Source: an uncultured Oligoflexales bacterium (lineage in GTDB: Bacteria > Bdellovibrionota_B > Oligoflexia > Oligoflexales > JAWKNZ01). Taken from it: a stretch of DNA of 28,239 bases. Position 1 is the first letter of the stretch; every line of letters starts with the position of its first letter. A program made the position numbers and the translations under genes. This document shows positions 25,081 through 28,239 of this stretch, piece by piece. Location of the stretch: positions 4,826 through 33,064 of the forward strand of contig CAZBDM010000001.1 of NCBI GenBank assembly GCA_964490675.1, in the 5' to 3' direction. The notes below the pieces were generated by a model. The model had not been told where the DNA came from. It saw only the letters and a program-made list of their open reading frames with translations, and searched no databases.

Positions 25081-25928
25081 AAAAAGGAACTAGCGTTCTT
25101 GATAGCCAGCAACCCATTAAAAGAAAAAGATCTAGACTTTTTTATATAATCCCGACACTTGTTTTTGTCTTTACCGCGGTTTTCTTCTTAAAAAAACCTT
25201 CGGTGGACCTTTTCAAAAAGCACTATGACTCTCTTGTAAATAAACAGAAAAAATCTCAACAACCAAAAAATTGGCAGATCACATTTTCAGATAAGACCAT
25301 AGAAGCTCTTGAAAAAGACGAAAGACAGCAAATCATTAAAACTGGCGAAAAATTTTTTAAAAAATCGCCTAACATTGATTTTAGAGTTTTGGCTAAAAAA
25401 ATTGCCGAAAACGAAAATTTCGCGCAAGTGCACGTTCTAAAAAAATCAGCATCTTCTGTCATTATTTCAGTCAATAAATATCAACCTATCGCGGCAATAT
25501 ATGCGGACAAATGGCGTCTCATTTCTAAAGACGGTAAGGTTTTTGGGTTATTAAAAGAAAACTCTTCAAAACTTAAGAAGATATCTGGTGTTTTCTCTGA
25601 GCATGTAGGAAAGTTCACTTTTGCCAATGATCATAGTTTAAAAACCTCTCAAAAACAAAAGGCCATCATAGCCGAATCGATGACACTTATGGAGCACATT
25701 AGCGAAAATAACCTAAATGTTAGTATAATAGAATACAAACCGTATCGAGGCTTTTTCATATTTCTCTCAGACAAAAACATAAAAGTTGCCTTAGGAAGAG
25801 CTCCTTTTGAAAACAATTTTAAAAGACTATTTAAAGTTTTGGAAAACCTGAAAAAGAAAGATGTTGAAACATCTCTTATCGAATTAGATTACGCCAACAA
25901 AGCATTTATTAAGAAAAAAAGTGGATAA
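25041..25928 (+). CDS. ftsQ: Divergent cell division protein FtsQ/DivIB-like
   Basis: Basic cytoplasmic N-terminus, one TM (LFYIIPTLVFVFTAVFFL), periplasmic domain with VALGR...RL and C-terminal IELDY; position directly before ftsA. Confidence 0.65.
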   Translation: MATGKNSKRSSSVKKGTSVLDSQQPIKRKRSRLFYIIPTLVFVFTAVFFLKKPSVDLFKKHYDSLVNKQKKSQQPKNWQITFSDKTIEALEKDERQQIIKTGEKFFKKSPNIDFRVLAKKIAENENFAQVHVLKKSASSVIISVNKYQPIAAIYADKWRLISKDGKVFGLLKENSSKLKKISGVFSEHVGKFTFANDHSLKTSQKQKAIIAESMTLMEHISENNLNVSIIEYKPYRGFFIFLSDKNIKVALGRAPFENNFKRLFKVLENLKKKDVETSLIELDYANKAFIKKKSG

Positions 25929-25944
25929 TCACTGAGGATCAACA

Positions 25945-27183
25945 TTGAGCTTTCAACTACCAAAAGACTTATTTGCCCTTGATCTTGGTACGACCAAGTT
26001 TTGTATTGCTCATATCCGCAGCTTAACCAAGGACAAAATACCAAAAATTGAAACGGTCAGCGTTAAGGCTTCTGGAATGAGAAAAGGCATGCTTTCCGAC
26101 CTTAATGAAGCAAAAAAATCTATCTTACAGCTTCTTGAGGTCGCCGAAAGACAATTTAACAAAGACATTCATAAAGTTTGTGTCGGCGTCGCTGGTTGTC
26201 ATCTATCAAGTCGTGTTGAAGGTGTCACGGAACTTGTTACATCAGAAACGGTGATCCCCGAAACACTAGTCAAATTAGAATCCACAATAAAAGAAAAATC
26301 CTCATTGGGTTCAAAAGAACTTCTCCATACGGTTGCGCTTGGCTATCGATTAGACGATCGTCCCTGGACAAGTTCACCTGTAGGTTTTTCAGCAAATAGA
26401 CTTTCTGGAAAATTCCTCCTCATTGAAGCTGATAAACTTTATCTTTCCGATATGGTCAAGCTTTTAAATAGCTGTGGTCTCGAAGTATCATCATTATCCG
26501 CCGAACCACTTGCATCTGCTATGGTCTCTACATCTGATCAATACAAAAAACTCGGTTGTGTAATCATTGATATCGGAGGAGGCACAACAGATGGGATGAT
26601 TTATCAATCAGGTAAGCCAGTTAAGCTTTTCACGATAAATATCGGTGGAAAACTGATGTCAAATGACCTCGCCATAGGTTTAGGGATAAGCTTTGAAGAG
26701 GCTGAAAAAGTAAAAATTCGTTTCGGCTTAACCAGTGGCAATAGCGATTTTAAAATGCAGATCAAAACCCTGAAAGGGGATAGCAAAATGATTTGCTACC
26801 GGGATGTCTACCCAATTCTAGCACCTAGAATTAAAGAGCTTTCTGAACTCATTTACGCACATATGCAACCTTTTTTATCAACCTTAGGCGGTGGCCTACT
26901 CGTGACTGGTGGTGGATCAGAAGTCTTACATATTATTCAATTCCTCGATCATATTCTTCCTGTCAGTGTTAAAAAAACCTATCCTGGCATTGACCAAGCT
27001 TTCAACGATTTAAAAGATTTAGAAAAATCGACCTCTATTGCCCTTTCAACCAAATACGCAACCGCCGTTGGTCTTCTCGCATTGAGGGCTGAAGCCTATC
27101 AAAAACAAATAAGTCATCAGAAGGTAACGCGGGTGAGCCGATATTTCGGCCAATTTGTTAATTGGTTAAAAGATCTTTCTTAA
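25945..27183 (+). CDS. ftsA: Cell division protein FtsA
   Basis: ALDLGTTK, IDIGGGTTD, IGGKLMSNDL, VTGGGS, C-terminal amphipathic helix (YFGQFVNWLKDLS); TTG start with GAGGA. Confidence 0.93.
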   Translation: MSFQLPKDLFALDLGTTKFCIAHIRSLTKDKIPKIETVSVKASGMRKGMLSDLNEAKKSILQLLEVAERQFNKDIHKVCVGVAGCHLSSRVEGVTELVTSETVIPETLVKLESTIKEKSSLGSKELLHTVALGYRLDDRPWTSSPVGFSANRLSGKFLLIEADKLYLSDMVKLLNSCGLEVSSLSAEPLASAMVSTSDQYKKLGCVIIDIGGGTTDGMIYQSGKPVKLFTINIGGKLMSNDLAIGLGISFEEAEKVKIRFGLTSGNSDFKMQIKTLKGDSKMICYRDVYPILAPRIKELSELIYAHMQPFLSTLGGGLLVTGGGSEVLHIIQFLDHILPVSVKKTYPGIDQAFNDLKDLEKSTSIALSTKYATAVGLLALRAEAYQKQISHQKVTRVSRYFGQFVNWLKDLS

Positions 27184-27259
27184 GGGAAACATTTTCAAAA
27201 CATAGAGAAAACATCATTAGATTTCCTTTTAAAAAAGCTCCTTAAAAAGTGTCATAGCA

Positions 27260-27289
27260 TTGACACTGCGCTTTTAAGCTTCCTATAAT
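27260..27289 (+). promoter_or_regulatory. Consensus sigma70 promoter for ftsZ (TTGACA-18-TATAAT)
   Basis: TTGACA at 27260-27265 and TATAAT at 27284-27289, both 6/6, with an AT-rich upstream tract, in the 188-bp ftsA-ftsZ gap. Confidence 0.8.
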
Positions 27290-27371
27290 CTTAGACAATA
27301 GTTCCAAAAAAAATCCAAAATTTAAATCTTTTTTAAGCTGTTGAGATTGTGACAGGCTTGGAGGCGTAGCT

Positions 27372-28239
27372 ATGAGCTTTGATCCAGAACACATCGTTCC
27401 CCCTGGGGCAAAAATTAAAGTTGTTGGTGTCGGTGGAGGCGGCGGAAACGCTGTCAATACGATGATCCAAACAAGCATAGATGGGGTCGAGTTTACGACT
27501 TGTAATACTGATATCCAGTCGTTGAGATTTTCTCTTTCACCGGCAAAAATACAGATAGGCAAGGAACTGACAAAGGGACTTGGTGCCGGTGCCGACCCCG
27601 ACATTGGCAGAGACGCAGCTCTTGAGGACAGACACCAACTCCAAGAGGTTCTTACTGGTGCAGATATGGTTTTCGTTACCTCTGGTATGGGGGGTGGTAC
27701 GGGAACCGGTGGAGCTCCAGTCGTTGCTCAAATCGCAAGGGAAAGCGGTGCTCTAACAGTTGGGGTTGTTACTAAACCGTTTGATTTTGAAGGTAAAAGA
27801 AGACGAAAAAACGCAGAAATTGGTATTCAAAGGCTTCGTGAGCACGTTGATACTCTCATCGTCATTCCTAACCAAAGACTTCTTCAGATCGCCACTCCTG
27901 ACATGAGCATGCTCGATGCTTTTAAATTAGCCGACAACGTTCTTGTAAACGCGGTAAAAGGTATTAGTGATATTATCAATGTTCCTGGAACCATTAATGT
28001 CGACTTTGCTGACGTCAAGACGGTTATGTCAAGCATGGGGCAAGCACTAATGGGTATAGGCTCATCTGAAGGCGAAAAGAGAGCAGTCGAGGCTGCTAAA
28101 CAAGCGGTGAGTTCGCCCTTGCTCGAAGACATAGATATCGAGGGTGCAACCGGCATTCTTATTAACATTACCGCCGGCGAAAGTGTCTCGTTGATTGAAG
28201 TCAATGAAGCATGCAGCATCATTCAGGAGGCTGCCCACG
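27372..28239 (+). CDS. ftsZ: Cell division protein FtsZ (3'-truncated by window end)
   Basis: ATG 27372 with GGAGG RBS; [63 protein letters not shown]. Frame open to the window end; missing from the ORF track. Confidence 0.98.
   Translation, partial: MSFDPEHIVPPGAKIKVVGVGGGGGNAVNTMIQTSIDGVEFTTCNTDIQSLRFSLSPAKIQIGKELTKGLGAGADPDIGRDAALEDRHQLQEVLTGADMVFVTSGMGGGTGTGGAPVVAQIARESGALTVGVVTKPFDFEGKRRRKNAEIGIQRLREHVDTLIVIPNQRLLQIATPDMSMLDAFKLADNVLVNAVKGISDIINVPGTINVDFADVKTVMSSMGQALMGIGSSEGEKRAVEAAKQAVSSPLLEDIDIEGATGILINITAGESVSLIEVNEACSIIQEAAH

Noticed and set aside
27229-27245. TTAA...TTAA upstream of the ftsZ promoter as a CtrA-like site
   Set aside because: Spacing is N9 rather than N7, and CtrA is alpha-proteobacterial.
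145-28222. About 40 short (60-120 aa) ORFs in the track, e.g. 164..409, 1913..2122, 3902..4231, 6445..6798, 13893..14231, 27242..27604, 27884..28222
   Set aside because: All lie largely within or antisense to conserved genes (including ftsZ, which the track omits) and show no family motifs; treated as shadow ORFs.
1-28239. CRISPR arrays, tRNA/rRNA, IS elements, prophage, defence or toxin-antitoxin genes, oriC
   Set aside because: No regularly spaced repeats, cloverleafs, transposase/integrase motifs or DnaA-box clusters were seen; nearly all sequence is accounted for by housekeeping genes.

Overview
Core-chromosome window of a Gram-negative bacterium with moderately AT-rich DNA. Protein style and gene order suggest a delta-proteobacterial/Bdellovibrionota (Oligoflexia-like) lineage; this is an inference. 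Left to right: (1) the first codons of sdhA plus a b558-type sdhC; (2) a minus-strand run of an ICMT/BpsB-like membrane methyltransferase, yajC (no secDF), a FadL/PorV-like outer-membrane barrel and a double-domain M16B peptidase; (3) a Rep/UvrD helicase whose stop codon overlaps that of a convergent RpoH-family sigma factor; (4) a DAGK-family kinase, amgK and murU (peptidoglycan-recycling shortcut); (5) a two-LysM lipoprotein; (6) a dcw cluster mraZ-rsmH-ftsL-ftsI-murE-murF-mraY-murD-ftsW-murC-ftsQ-ftsA-ftsZ (ftsZ truncated by the window end and missing from the ORF track). No rRNA, tRNA, CRISPR array, mobile element or defence system was seen. The unusual points are architectural and regulatory: murG, murB and ddl are absent from the dcw cluster; murC apparently needs a CTG start; non-ATG starts are frequent; ftsZ has a consensus promoter; and two gene neighbourhoods with uncharacterised partners could be undescribed envelope systems. 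None of these is proven novel without database searches.
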